A stretch of DNA of 64,000 bases from Octopus bimaculoides (lineage: Eukaryota). The translations under genes and the position numbers were made by a program. Positions 63,154 to 64,000 of this stretch are shown here, piece after piece (position 1 is the first letter of the stretch; every line of letters begins with the position of its first letter). The stretch is taken from NCBI RefSeq assembly GCF_001194135.2, contig NC_068997.1:4892207-4956206 (forward strand). The letters are read 5' to 3'. The notes beneath the pieces are model-generated. The model saw nothing but the letters and a program-made list of their open reading frames with translations, was not told the origin of the DNA and ran no database searches.

Positions 63154-63242
63154 TCTTGCAGCTGATTTTGCCGATGGTTCAAGTAACTGCTGACGGTATT
63201 TTGCTAGTTTGGCTTTCAGTAAACCCAAATGGTATTCGGTGG
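63154..63242 (-). CDS. DRG2: DRG2, first in-window exon (ATEYHLGLLKAKLAKYRQQLLEPSAKSAAR); exon 1 lies beyond 64000
   Basis: ttttttctctag| acceptor (phase 1), |gtaaga donor, 89 nt; near-identical to the DRG2 N-terminal region as recalled. Confidence 0.95.
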
Positions 63243-64000
63243 CTAGAGAAAAAAAACAGACAGAGAAAAGATTTATTATAAGTCATAATCATTAGACGCA
63301 GGTGTGGCTGTGTGCTAAGAAGTTTGCTTCCCAACCACATGGTTCCAGGTTCAATCCCACTGTGTAGCATCTTGGGCAAGTGTCTTCTTTGGTAGATGGA
63401 AACTAAAAGAAGCCTGTTGTAGTCCTTTGACTGCAGCCATGCTGGAGCACTGCCTTAAAAGGTTTTTTAGTCAAGTACTTATTTTATCGCTCTCTTTTGC
63501 CAAACCACTATCTTACGGGGGATGTAAACATATCAACTCTGGTTGTCAAGTGATGGTGGGCAGACAGACATAGACACAAAGACACACATTCTGCTAAAAT
63601 GAATTCACAAGCACACATATAACATCCAAAGGTACATCATTTTTCCTCTGATGAAATTATATTCATATCACACAAATGTAAATTTAATGAGTATTAACTA
63701 AAATAGCTGTAAGTGAAGATGACCAATTTGTTGTAAATAATAAACAATTATTAGCTTCCTAATCTCCATTTTCTTTTCTTGTTTTAAATGAATATATATA
63801 TACAACGGGTTTCTTTCAGTTTCCGTCTACCAAACCCACTCACAAGGCTTTGATCGGCCCGAGACTATAGTAGACACTTGCCCAAAGTGCCACATATTGG
63901 GACTGAACCCAGAACCATATGGTTGGGAAGCAAGCTTCTTACCACAAAGCTATGCTTGGGCTAATATATGCATAACTCACATATATACATACATACACAG

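Overview
AT-rich, microsatellite-dense eukaryotic scaffold with six N-gaps. The repeat landscape suggests a coleoid cephalopod, most likely Octopus (inference). Two spliced genes lie on the minus strand and were reconstructed exon by exon with GT/AG boundaries and matching phases. (1) A complete uridine phosphorylase (UPP1/2-like): 7 coding exons, 8674-19302, 289 aa; its 5' exon was not located. (2) DRG2 GTPase: 13 coding exons, 42085-63242; the first exon lies beyond the window, and one intron is U12-type (50185-52245). The rest is transposon-derived: RTE-type LINE fragments and many copies of their 3' tail, a decayed Penelope-like element, a full-length decayed mariner, Helitrons, hAT MITEs and at least three tRNA-headed SINE families. 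Most notable observations: a Helitron inside the DRG2 minor intron carrying about 8 tandem copies of a 28S rRNA helix-69 segment; several type I hammerhead ribozyme motifs, one apparently intact and on the UPP strand; and several long intronic or intergenic fold-backs. All homology calls rest on recalled motifs; no database search was run.
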